Counted from the first letter of the stretch, positions 37,950 to 48,961 are shown. The stretch: 61,837 nt of DNA from an uncultured Bacilli bacterium (GCA_934101345.1 CAKOQV010000001.1:104991-166827), one strand, 5' to 3'. A program made the numbers and translations. Notes: generated by a model from the sequence alone, not told the origin.

Positions 37950-40900
37950 ATGAAAAAAAGTTTTAAAAAGTTTACTAAAATATTAGTACTAATAGCAATG
38001 ATTTTTTCAGATTTAATGACACCTATTAGTGTGTTAGCAAATGAAATAACTAATAGGGATCCTGTTAAAGGTGATGTTGGTATTGATAATAAAGTAACAA
38101 ATAATGGTAATAGTGCTACTGTTAATGCAGGAAAATTTGAGATTGGAAATGCTTTAATTACTAAAAATGTTATAAAGAAAGATGCAGAAAATGGCAAATA
38201 TACAGTTGAATTAAAAGTAAAAAGTAAAAGTAAGACATCAGTCCATCCGTTATATGTCGCTGTTGTATTTGATACTTCTGGTAGTATGATCTGTGATGCT
38301 GATAGAGATGGTTGGTCATTTATTTCAAATGGAAATAATGTTCATTATAGGGCAGGCGATGGTACAAATATTACATGTAAGTCCTTTAACGGAATGACTG
38401 AAAAAGGAGAAACTCTGATTAAAGAAAAATGGGAAAGTGCTATTAGAGGTGCTATTAATTTTTCTGAAAAAATAACGGCACTTGATAATACTTATGTTTC
38501 TTTGATTCCTTTTGCTACAAAATTAAAAAATGTAATTCCTTTTAAGCATTCAAAATTGGAAATTGGAGAATTTGGTAATCCATATGGTAGTACAAATTTA
38601 GAGCAGGGAATTTTGAAGGCTAAATCAACATTAGATGCTGTTGATAATAAAAATGCACAAAAATATATATTAGTTATTAGTGATGGCTTACCTACTGTTT
38701 ATGGAGAAGATGGTACTAATGATTCTGCTAATAATTATGTTAATGCGAGACGCTTAGCTAAAGAAAGAGCAGAACAAGCTAAGAGTAATGGAATTAAAAT
38801 ATATACTGTTGGTTATGGTGTTGATAGTGGTTCTGAACCTGATCTTAAGTATATTTCATCAAATACTGATATTAATGGATATTATAGTGAAAATGGCTAT
38901 TATAGTCTTGCTAATACGAACAATATTATTGAAAGCTTGAGTAGAGTTTTTAATAATATTAATAAAAAAGAAATTATAACTGATGCTGTTCTTAATGATG
39001 TCATAGGAGATAATTTTAAATATATTGCAAATACAAAGAGTTCAAGTGACATTAGTATTAATAATAATAACGTAACTATTAATGTTGGTGATATTACAGA
39101 AGAAGAAAAAGTTTATTCTTTTGATATAGAAATAGCCGATAAGGATAGTGCTACTGGATGGTATAGAACTAATGGTAATGATTTAAATAATTCGTTTACA
39201 TTAACTGGAAATGGATTAGCTAATTCTGTTACAAGCAGTGAAAGCGCTGAAGTGTATTGGGTACAAAATACTTATAACTACGTAATTAATTATTATAAAG
39301 ATGAAATAACTAATCCTAATGATAGTAATTATTTAGGTTCTAGTGATGTAAGAAGAGCTCACAAAAATGCTAATATTACATTAAATGATAGTGATAAAAA
39401 TGCTTATCTTGATAGAGCGGGAGATGGCTATGAATTTAATGGCGTAAATCCAGAAGAACTTGTTATTTCTACAGATACTTCTAAAAATGTTATAAATGTT
39501 TTATATACTGCGAAAAGATTTGGTTATAATGATGAGAGAATTACTAAGACTGCAAATATAAATATTATAACAAGTTTAGACAATAAAGTTGGCTATACAA
39601 TAAAATATAACACAATGCTTAATAATGTTAGAAAAGGCGACGTGGTAAGAGTTACTATTACTGATAAATTACCACAAAGTATTGATGTTAATAATAGTGA
39701 TTTAAAAAATGGTATATATGATGAAGAAAATAACACTATTACCTGGGTTATAACTTATAATGTTGAAGAGTATACAAGTAATTATCCAGTTAATGTTACT
39801 ATTGATTATATGGTAAAATATACTGATTATATAAGAGTTAATGGCAATAAATTAACTAATGTTGCAAGCGGTATTACTGTAGTTAATAATAATACTACAG
39901 ATGGTTCGAAAGATTCTGAAGATGTTAATGTAGAAATCAAAGGTACAGTAATTGTATACTTTAAAGATGAACAAGGAAATGATATTGCAAATAAACAAGA
40001 GTTAGGTGAGAAATTAGCAGGTACACCTTATGAAACAAGTGCAAAAGAAATAACAGGTTATACATTAAAAGAAGAACCTACTAATAAAAATGGTAACTAC
40101 ATTGAAGGTAATATTGATGTAATATACTATTATACTAAGAATGATGGAAATATTACTGAAAACGAACTGGTTAAAGAAGGAACTGAATTTGTAAGTAATA
40201 TTAATGATACATTTAGCTATACACTTAAATATACTGGTAAAGTAGAAGAGTATGTTGGTAAAGCAAATTTAACTATTACTGATGTATTACCATTAAAAGG
40301 TACTATAGTATCAAAAGATAATAGATGTACATTTGAAAATAATACTATTACATGTACTGCAGAATATACAGTAAATGGAACTTTAGAAATAAATGAAGAA
40401 TTTAATTTCCAAGTAAAATATTCTGATATAAAAGAAGATAAAATAGTAAATAGTGCTACTGCTAAATTAGCTTTAGAAAATAAGGAAGAAGAAACTACTG
40501 ATGAAACAGAAACAGAAGTATACAAAGGAACAGTAGTGGCTACTTACAAAACAGATAAAGGTGTAAAATTACATGATGATGTAGAAACTACTGATTTTGC
40601 AGGAACTAATTATACTACCGAAACTAAATCATTCTATGGATATACATTAAGAGAAATACCATCTAATAAAGAAGGAACTTACATTGCTAATGAAACAATT
40701 CAAGTAGATTATGTATATATAAAGAATGAAGGAACAGTAACTGAAAACAAAGTAAATAAAGTACAAAATAACATTATTACTGATATTAATTCAGAATACA
40801 ATTATGTATTAAGTTATACTGGTAAAGTAGAAGATTATGTAGGAGAAGTAACTCTTGAACTTACTGATACATTACCATATAATGCTGAAATAATATCAAA

Positions 40901-42080
40901 AGATAATAAATGTGTAGTAAATGGAAGAACAATAGTATGTACTGATGTATATACAGTTGATAAAGAACATCAAGTAATAAATGCTGAGTTTAACATTGTA
41001 TTAAGATACACTAATGTTGGAAGTGAAGTTAAAAATATTGTTAATTCAAAATTAATATATGGAAATAAAAATGTAACTGATAAAGATGAAGTAATAGATG
41101 TTGTTTCTAGTGGAACAGTAGTAGCTACTTACAAAACTGATAAAGGAGTTACACTAAGTAATAATGTAACAACCACAGATTTAGTAGGTAAAGAATATAC
41201 TACTGAGGCTAAAGAATTCTTTGGTTATACACTAAAAGAAATACCAAGTAATAAAGATGGATTATATACAAAAGGAACAACTTATGTAAACTATGTATAT
41301 ACAAAAAATATAGGTACTTCTGAAGAAGAACTAAATAAGGATGGTATAGAATTAGTAGGATCAATTACTGATGCATTTGATTATACTATTACCTATAATA
41401 CTGAAATTAAAGATTATGTAGGTAAGGCAACACTTACAATTACTGATATTCTTCCTTATAAGATAGATGAAGAAAAATCAAAAATTAGTAATAACTGTAA
41501 ATATAATAAAGAAAATAATACTATCGTATGTAAATATGAAATGGATAATACGCCTATTATAATAAATATTGGTAATATCAATATTAATAATAATGGACAA
41601 ATTGGGGATATTAATAAAAATATTATATTTAATATTGAAGAAAACTTTAAATTATACTACATTAATGTAGATAAGAAAGAAGTAACAAATAAAGTAACTG
41701 CAGAATTAACATATGAAAATATTACTAAGACTACTGATGATGAACATACTACAGAAGTAGAAGAAGGAACAGTAATAGTAAATTATGTTACTAAAGATGG
41801 AGAAAAATTAACTGATAGTATTACTCTTACAGGGCTTGTAGGAACTACATATGAAACAGTTAAGAAAGAATTTGATAAATATAGCTTTATAGAAGTTAAA
41901 GGCGAGGTAGAAGGAACTTATACTAAAGGACAAAAAGAAGTTACTTATGTATATGATTTAACTATTCTTCCACCACAAACTGGAATAGAGGCAAATATGT
42001 TTATGTATGTTAATTATATATTTACATTAATTGCTCTAGCAGTAGCTTTTAGAACATATAAGACTATAAAGAATAATTAA
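37950..42080 (+). CDS. cell-wall-anchored modular surface protein (vWA domain plus repeated MucBP-like and Cys-pair beta-sandwich modules), PPQTG sorting signal
   Basis: Signal peptide. vWA MIDAS VAVVFDTSGSM...ILVISDGLPT. At least 4 MucBP-like repeats (GTVVATYKTDKG...YVY). C-terminus PPQTG (41970-41984) plus a hydrophobic segment plus RTYKTIKNN. Confidence 0.9.
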   Translation: MKKSFKKFTKILVLIAMIFSDLMTPISVLANEITNRDPVKGDVGIDNKVTNNGNSATVNAGKFEIGNALITKNVIKKDAENGKYTVELKVKSKSKTSVHPLYVAVVFDTSGSMICDADRDGWSFISNGNNVHYRAGDGTNITCKSFNGMTEKGETLIKEKWESAIRGAINFSEKITALDNTYVSLIPFATKLKNVIPFKHSKLEIGEFGNPYGSTNLEQGILKAKSTLDAVDNKNAQKYILVISDGLPTVYGEDGTNDSANNYVNARRLAKERAEQAKSNGIKIYTVGYGVDSGSEPDLKYISSNTDINGYYSENGYYSLANTNNIIESLSRVFNNINKKEIITDAVLNDVIGDNFKYIANTKSSSDISINNNNVTINVGDITEEEKVYSFDIEIADKDSATGWYRTNGNDLNNSFTLTGNGLANSVTSSESAEVYWVQNTYNYVINYYKDEITNPNDSNYLGSSDVRRAHKNANITLNDSDKNAYLDRAGDGYEFNGVNPEELVISTDTSKNVINVLYTAKRFGYNDERITKTANINIITSLDNKVGYTIKYNTMLNNVRKGDVVRVTITDKLPQSIDVNNSDLKNGIYDEENNTITWVITYNVEEYTSNYPVNVTIDYMVKYTDYIRVNGNKLTNVASGITVVNNNTTDGSKDSEDVNVEIKGTVIVYFKDEQGNDIANKQELGEKLAGTPYETSAKEITGYTLKEEPTNKNGNYIEGNIDVIYYYTKNDGNITENELVKEGTEFVSNINDTFSYTLKYTGKVEEYVGKANLTITDVLPLKGTIVSKDNRCTFENNTITCTAEYTVNGTLEINEEFNFQVKYSDIKEDKIVNSATAKLALENKEEETTDETETEVYKGTVVATYKTDKGVKLHDDVETTDFAGTNYTTETKSFYGYTLREIPSNKEGTYIANETIQVDYVYIKNEGTVTENKVNKVQNNIITDINSEYNYVLSYTGKVEDYVGEVTLELTDTLPYNAEIISKDNKCVVNGRTIVCTDVYTVDKEHQVINAEFNIVLRYTNVGSEVKNIVNSKLIYGNKNVTDKDEVIDVVSSGTVVATYKTDKGVTLSNNVTTTDLVGKEYTTEAKEFFGYTLKEIPSNKDGLYTKGTTYVNYVYTKNIGTSEEELNKDGIELVGSITDAFDYTITYNTEIKDYVGKATLTITDILPYKIDEEKSKISNNCKYNKENNTIVCKYEMDNTPIIINIGNININNNGQIGDINKNIIFNIEENFKLYYINVDKKEVTNKVTAELTYENITKTTDDEHTTEVEEGTVIVNYVTKDGEKLTDSITLTGLVGTTYETVKKEFDKYSFIEVKGEVEGTYTKGQKEVTYVYDLTILPPQTGIEANMFMYVNYIFTLIALAVAFRTYKTIKNN
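39942..41960 (+). repeat. in-gene tandem modules (585, 585 and 654 nt periods)
   Basis: Module starts ggtacagta/ggaacagta at 39942, 40527, 41112 and 41766. 40527 and 41112 share about 38/46 nt at their starts. Confidence 0.8.
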
Positions 42081-42081
42081 T

Positions 42082-42110
42082 AAAAAAAGACTTGATTCAA
42101 GTCTTTTTTT
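42082..42110. terminator. bidirectional intrinsic terminator between convergent genes
   Basis: AAAAAAAGACTTG-att-CAAGTCTTTTTTT, with A and T runs on both sides. Confidence 0.8.
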
Positions 42111-42836
42111 CTATATTTTATAATTGTTTTTAGTATTTTTGGGTTTATGTTTAAAAAAGTCAAAAATTAATTTCTTTACATCAGTATATCTATCGTTAAT
42201 AAATAAATCATGAGTTAAACCATTAATTTCTACTAAAGTAACTGAAGTGGATTTAATATTATCATATACATAATTAACTGAAGTATCAGGAACTATTTCA
42301 TCTTTAGTACCATGAATTATTAAAGTAGGGCATACTATATTTTTTACATCATTATGGTGTTCACTAACTAATGACATAAATTCTTTAATTGTAGGAATTG
42401 GTACTTTAAATAGTCTTGATATAACTTCTTCTTTATTATAATCTTTAAATAGGTTAGGAACAACTTTAATACTTTCAAGTATATTTATTTTATTACCTTC
42501 AAACTTAAAATATTGAAAGGCAGGAGCGGCAAGTACTAGTTTTTTAACTTCCTTATATTTACTTGCTAAGTAGGCTGCAATAACACCACCCATACTATGA
42601 CCAATAACATATATTTCTTTATATCCGTGCTTAATTATTTTTTCGATTTGCATCTCTGACATTTTTATCCAATCATCTTTAGTAACTTTATTAATAATAG
42701 CTTTATCATGACCAGGTAGAGTATAAGTAAATACCTTGTAATTATTAACAAATTCTAAATCATTAGGTAAATTACCATAGTCATAAGCACCACCTGCAAA
42801 ACCATGTATTAAAAGTATTGCTTTTTTTCTTAACAT
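42111..42836 (-). CDS. alpha/beta hydrolase (carboxylesterase/lysophospholipase-like)
   Basis: LLIHGFAGG oxyanion region, nucleophile elbow GHSMGG, and a C-terminal HD pair. Confidence 0.85.
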   Translation of the reverse strand: MLRKKAILLIHGFAGGAYDYGNLPNDLEFVNNYKVFTYTLPGHDKAIINKVTKDDWIKMSEMQIEKIIKHGYKEIYVIGHSMGGVIAAYLASKYKEVKKLVLAAPAFQYFKFEGNKINILESIKVVPNLFKDYNKEEVISRLFKVPIPTIKEFMSLVSEHHNDVKNIVCPTLIIHGTKDEIVPDTSVNYVYDNIKSTSVTLVEINGLTHDLFINDRYTDVKKLIFDFFKHKPKNTKNNYKI

Positions 42837-42890
42837 TATCTATCACCCTCTATTAATATATTAACATAATATTAATTAATTTTAAATAGA

Positions 42891-43553
42891 TTAATTTATA
42901 TTTAGATTTAATTTACTATAGGGTATTAATATATTATAATCACCAAAATAATATGGTGCTATTTGATATCTTTCAAAAAAGATAATAATACCATCATTAG
43001 TTAAAGCAAATCTTTTGAAATTATCTATCTTAGGACTAGTACCATCCATTAACATATCTTTAACATCACTATTACTAAGTACTTTGTTTCTTAATAATTC
43101 TTCTCTAGAAATATTAGATAATTTATTTAATATATTTTTATCTATATTGATTAAATTATTTATATTAGTAAAAGAATTATTTTTAGTATTATAAATGATA
43201 GTGTCAATATAATGACTGGGATGAGCTCCTCCAAGAAAGAGTTCACTATAAAATACGAGTGATATATAATCTTTATATTTATATTCTTTATAATCTATAT
43301 ATAATGTATAAATATGATAATTATCATCAAAGGGAGTATTCTTAATTTTTTTAGTATATCTATTAATAATATATTTAATTCTTTTATTAAGACTTCGATA
43401 TTTAAAACTAGGATATTTAATGCTAATTTCTATTTCATTATCTTTTTCATTAACAAATTTAACTCTACTATTATTAATACTAATAATGAAGTAGATAATT
43501 AATAAAGTAAAAAATATAAATAAAGATATTATAAATAAAATATTTTTTTTCAT
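42891..43553 (-). CDS. membrane-anchored DUF3298/DUF4163-like (RsiV/PdaC-type) domain protein
   Basis: N-terminal TM. The SELFLGGAHPSHY block is characteristic of DUF3298. Confidence 0.65.
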   Translation of the reverse strand: MKKNILFIISLFIFFTLLIIYFIISINNSRVKFVNEKDNEIEISIKYPSFKYRSLNKRIKYIINRYTKKIKNTPFDDNYHIYTLYIDYKEYKYKDYISLVFYSELFLGGAHPSHYIDTIIYNTKNNSFTNINNLINIDKNILNKLSNISREELLRNKVLSNSDVKDMLMDGTSPKIDNFKRFALTNDGIIIFFERYQIAPYYFGDYNILIPYSKLNLNIN

Positions 43554-43597
43554 ACTAAAATATATTCTTATTAAAATATAAATATTAATATAATTTA

Positions 43598-43666
43598 TAA
43601 TAGATTTTATTTTGAGACTACAGGCTCAAAATAACACTAATAAGACTTGAGACAAGGCTTATAGTG
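43598..43666 (-). repeat. REP-like double-hairpin intergenic repeat, copy 7
   Basis: TTATTTTGAG/CTCAAAATAA (43607-43634), then CACTAATAAG/CTTATAGTG (43635-43666). Same order as copy 1. Confidence 0.85.
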
Positions 43667-43681
43667 AAAAAAATAAAAAAA

Positions 43682-43708
43682 TTAGCAATTTTATGTTGAC
43701 ATTGCTAA
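43682..43708 (+). promoter_or_regulatory. CIRCE-like HrcA operator 1, overlapping the -35 element
   Basis: TTAGCAAT-N11-ATTGCTAA. Same 27-nt span as canonical TTAGCACTC-N9-GAGTGCTAA. Confidence 0.75.
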
Positions 43709-43724
43709 TAAATAGTAATATAAT
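43696..43724 (+). promoter_or_regulatory. consensus sigma-A promoter of the hrcA operon
   Basis: TTGACA at 43696-43701, 17-nt spacer, TATAAT at 43719-43724. Confidence 0.75.
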
Positions 43725-43728
43725 GATA

Positions 43729-43755
43729 TTAGCAGTAGAAAAGAAGGACTGCTAA
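43729..43755 (+). promoter_or_regulatory. CIRCE-like HrcA operator 2, in the 5' UTR
   Basis: TTAGCAGT-N11-ACTGCTAA, immediately downstream of the -10 element. Confidence 0.75.
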
Positions 43756-43773
43756 TAAGGGAAGTGATATGAT

Positions 43774-44781
43774 ATGATCACGGATAGACAAAAAGAAATG
43801 CTGAAAATAATCGCAGAAGAATATATAAAGACTGCTAAACCAGTAAGTTCTAATCATATCTGTAAAAAATTAAAATGTTCTAGTGCTACCATTAGAAATG
43901 AAATGGCTAAACTAGAAGAGTTACATTTACTTGAAAAGAATCACTTTGCTTCGGGTAGAATACCAAGTGAAGAAGGTTATAAGTATTATGTAGATCATTT
44001 AATGAAACCTAAAAATATGACTGGTGAAGATATGCTTAAACTACAAACAATATTTCACAATCATTCACTTGATTTAAATGATACTATTAAAAAAAGTATT
44101 GAAATAATTAGTGAAATAACAAATTATACAGCAGTAGTACTTGGTAATTCTTCTAAAGAGAATAGATTAAAGAAAGTAGAGGTAGTACCACTTGAAGATA
44201 ATAAAATATTATCAATAGTTATTACTGATAAAGGTATAGTACAACATAAGATATTATACTTATCAAATGATGTATCTACTGGCGATGTAAAAAAGACTGT
44301 TGAACTAATAAATAAATTAGTCGTAGGTACACCAATAAATGAAGTAAGTGAAAAACTAGAATATGAAGTAAAACCGATAATAAGTGATTATGTAAAACAA
44401 TATGAAGTTTTATATAATACCTTCTATGACGCATTTCATGAATTTACTACTGAGAAAACTAGTGAAGCTTATTTTGGTGGAAGAACAAATATGTTAAAGC
44501 AACCAGAATTCTCTAGTATTGATAAAGTAAAGGAAATACTCAGTAAATTTGAAGACATAGATAGCATTTCTAAAATGAAAGAAGAAGATAATGGTATTAA
44601 TATTTATGTTGGTAGTGAAACAGAATTAACTGATGATGTTTCAGTAATAAAAACAAAATATAATATCAATGGTGAAGAAGGAACAATAGCAATAATTGGT
44701 CCTAAGAGAATGGAATATGATCGAGTTGTAACTCTTCTTGATTATATAAAGAATAACCTAGGAGGAGATTATGGAAAATAA
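43774..44781 (+). CDS. hrcA: heat-inducible transcription repressor HrcA
   Basis: N-terminus TDRQKEMLKIIAEEYIKTAKPVSS wHTH. Conserved operon position upstream of grpE-dnaK-dnaJ. Confidence 0.93.
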   Translation: MITDRQKEMLKIIAEEYIKTAKPVSSNHICKKLKCSSATIRNEMAKLEELHLLEKNHFASGRIPSEEGYKYYVDHLMKPKNMTGEDMLKLQTIFHNHSLDLNDTIKKSIEIISEITNYTAVVLGNSSKENRLKKVEVVPLEDNKILSIVITDKGIVQHKILYLSNDVSTGDVKKTVELINKLVVGTPINEVSEKLEYEVKPIISDYVKQYEVLYNTFYDAFHEFTTEKTSEAYFGGRTNMLKQPEFSSIDKVKEILSKFEDIDSISKMKEEDNGINIYVGSETELTDDVSVIKTKYNINGEEGTIAIIGPKRMEYDRVVTLLDYIKNNLGGDYGK

Positions 44782-45370
44782 AAAGAAAAAGAAACATGAA
44801 CATAAAGAAGATTGCCACTGCAACGAAGAACACAAATGTGAGGAAACTTGCAAATGTGAAGAATCTTGTAAGTGCAATGAAGAAGAATGTTCTTGCAGTG
44901 AAGAATCAAATATTAATGATGAAAGAGAACTTCTAAGTAAAAGAATAAAAGACTTAGAGGAGGCTCTTCTTCGTAGTCAAGCAGAATTAATTAACTACAA
45001 AAGAAGAAAGGATGAAGAAACATCTAGAATAATTAAGTATGCTGAGGAAGATATACTAAAAGGATTTTTACCAATATTAGATAACTTTGAAAGAGCTATA
45101 AATATGGATGATAATAATTTAGATGACGAAGTATCTAAGTTCTTGCAAGGCTTTAAACTTATGTATAAGCAAATAAAAGACTTACTTACTAAGTTTGAAG
45201 TAAAAGAGATGGAATGTTTAGGTAAAGAGTTTGATCCTACTTATCATCAAGCTGTTACTACAGGTAAAGATGAATCTAAAGAGTCAGGTATAATTCTTGA
45301 AGTATTACAAAAAGGTTATATGTACAAAGATAAAGTACTTAGAACCGCTATGGTAAAAGTAAATGAGTAA
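44771..45370 (+). CDS. grpE: nucleotide exchange factor GrpE with a Cys/His/Glu-rich N-terminal extension
   Basis: The C-terminal two thirds match GrpE (LRSQAELINYKRR, LPILDNFERA, FDPTYHQAV, GYMYKDKVLRTAMV). The N-terminus is HEHKEDCHCNEEHKCEETCKCEESCKCNEEECSCSEE. Confidence 0.92.
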   Translation: MENKKKKKHEHKEDCHCNEEHKCEETCKCEESCKCNEEECSCSEESNINDERELLSKRIKDLEEALLRSQAELINYKRRKDEETSRIIKYAEEDILKGFLPILDNFERAINMDDNNLDDEVSKFLQGFKLMYKQIKDLLTKFEVKEMECLGKEFDPTYHQAVTTGKDESKESGIILEVLQKGYMYKDKVLRTAMVKVNE

Positions 45371-45596
45371 AAGTACCATAAGAGATATTATTTATATTCT
45401 AATAGTACTAGCAGTCTTAATACTTGGAATAAGATTTATCATATGGATATTCCCAGTACTAATATTATTAATATTAGGATATTACATCTATAGAAGTATA
45501 AAGATAAATAGAACTATTAGAAATATGCATAATACCACAAACAATAAAAATAAAGATAAAAAAATGAAAGTCATTCATGAATTTGATGAAGACTAA
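45363..45596 (+). CDS. small two-TM membrane protein, unknown function
   Basis: 77-aa ORF whose ATG overlaps the grpE stop by 8 nt. Has two hydrophobic helices and a basic tail. Confidence 0.5.
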   Translation: MSKSTIRDIIYILIVLAVLILGIRFIIWIFPVLILLILGYYIYRSIKINRTIRNMHNTTNNKNKDKKMKVIHEFDED

Positions 45597-45607
45597 TAAA
45601 TATGTAA

Positions 45608-47455
<1,848 letters not shown>

Positions 47456-47470
47456 TTTAAATAAAAAGTT

Positions 47471-47498
47471 AAAGTTCTAGTTTTCTAGCTAGAACTTT
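47471..47498 (+). terminator. hairpin between dnaK and dnaJ (attenuator or processing stem)
   Basis: AAAGTTCTAG-N8-CTAGAACTTT. No strong T-run follows. Confidence 0.45.
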
Positions 47499-47520
47499 AT
47501 ACTTATGTTCGGAGGAAATT

Positions 47521-48636
47521 ATGAATAAAAAAGATTACTACGAGGTACTAGGTGTACCCAAAACAGCGTCTCAAGATGAAATAAAATCTGCCTTCAGAAA
47601 ACTAGCTAAAAAATACCATCCTGATGTATCAAAAGAAGAAAATGCTGCAGAAAAATTTAAAGAATGTCAAGAAGCCTATGCTGTATTATCAGATGAGACA
47701 AAAAGAAAACAATATGATCAATATGGACATGCAGCATTTACTAACTCTCAAGGCGGTTTCTCTGGATTTGATGGCTTTGACTTTGGAGGAATGGAAGATA
47801 TCTTTGGAGATTTATTTAAAAACTTTGGTTTTGGTTCATCTTCATCTGGTACAAGAACTAGATCTAGGAGAGAAGATGGTAGTGACTTACTATATCGTAT
47901 GAGTATTACTTTTGAAGAGGCTGTTAATGGTGCTAAGAGAGATATAAAAGTGGATACTGAAGATGAATGCTCTGAGTGTCATGGACAGGGTGGCTTTAAT
48001 ATGCATACTTGTCCTGATTGTAAAGGATCTGGAACTGTAACAAGACAGCAAAGTACTATCTTTGGTTCATTCTTATCAAAGACCTCTTGTCCTACATGTC
48101 ATGGAACTGGTTCAACATTTGATAAGATTTGTACTAATTGTCATGGTACTGGTAAAGAAAGAAAAGTTAAAACTCTAACTATTACTATTCCTAAAGGAAT
48201 AAATACTGGTAATAGAATAAGACTTGCTGGTAAGGGCGAAGCCGGTACTAATGGAGGAGAACCAGGAGATTTATATATTGAATTTAGTGTTAAAGAAGAT
48301 GATTTCTATACTAGAGATGAGAATGATATTTATATTACTGTACCTCTTACTATTACTGAGGCAGTATTGGGCTGCAAGAAAGAGATACCTACTATCTATG
48401 GAAATGCTATTATAACTATTCCTGATGGTACTAAAAATGGTAGTAAATTAAGATTAAAAGGAAAAGGAATAGATAGTGATATTAATAATAAAAAAGGCGA
48501 TATGTATGTAATAGTAGATGTCGTTATGCCAAGTAAATTAACTAAAAAACAAAAAGATTTATTTAAAGAATTATCTGAAACAACACTAGATGATGATAGT
48601 AAGTTTACTAAATTTAATAAGATGTTAAAAAAATAA
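47521..48636 (+). CDS. dnaJ: molecular chaperone DnaJ
   Basis: J-domain with KKYHPD, a G/F region, and four CxxCxGxG zinc-finger repeats. Confidence 0.97.
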   Translation: MNKKDYYEVLGVPKTASQDEIKSAFRKLAKKYHPDVSKEENAAEKFKECQEAYAVLSDETKRKQYDQYGHAAFTNSQGGFSGFDGFDFGGMEDIFGDLFKNFGFGSSSSGTRTRSRREDGSDLLYRMSITFEEAVNGAKRDIKVDTEDECSECHGQGGFNMHTCPDCKGSGTVTRQQSTIFGSFLSKTSCPTCHGTGSTFDKICTNCHGTGKERKVKTLTITIPKGINTGNRIRLAGKGEAGTNGGEPGDLYIEFSVKEDDFYTRDENDIYITVPLTITEAVLGCKKEIPTIYGNAIITIPDGTKNGSKLRLKGKGIDSDINNKKGDMYVIVDVVMPSKLTKKQKDLFKELSETTLDDDSKFTKFNKMLKK

Positions 48637-48642
48637 TATATG

Positions 48643-48723
48643 CGCTCTAAGCCTTAAGGTCTTAGGGCGTTATTTTGAGCCTGATTTTAGTCTCAAAATA
48701 AAGTCTATTATATATAAGCCATA
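48643..48723 (+). repeat. REP-like double-hairpin intergenic repeat, copy 8
   Basis: CGCTCTAAG-CCTTAAGGT-CTTAGGGCG, then TTATTTTGAG-CCTGATTTTAGT-CTCAAAATAA, then gtctattatatataagccata (inverse of the copy 1 leader). Confidence 0.9.
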
Positions 48724-48724
48724 G

Positions 48725-48877
48725 ATATATATATTTAGAGTACAAACAAATAATGAAGTTAACAATCCTAAAACAGGAGATAATATAGTTACTTATATTG
48801 TTATTGGAGTAGTAGCAATACTTGGAATAATAGTATGTGCAGTAATGTATTTAAAAAAGAAAAAAGATAATAAATAA
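48725..48877 (+). pseudogene. orphan 3' remnant of a sortase-substrate gene (sorting signal only)
   Basis: Open frame without a start codon encoding ...NNEVNNPKTGDNIVTYIVIGVVAILGIIVCAVMYLKKKKDNK*, that is NPKTG plus TM plus basic tail. Its own terminator follows. Confidence 0.6.
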
Positions 48878-48880
48878 TAT

Positions 48881-48912
48881 AAAGAGATAAATTACTATCT
48901 CTTTTTACTTTT
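48881..48912 (+). terminator. intrinsic terminator
   Basis: AAAGAGATA-N6-TATCTCTTT followed by a T-rich tail. Confidence 0.65.
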
Positions 48913-48961
48913 GTATGATATAATTATCTAAAGGCAATATAATGTAGTGTGAGGTGTAAAT

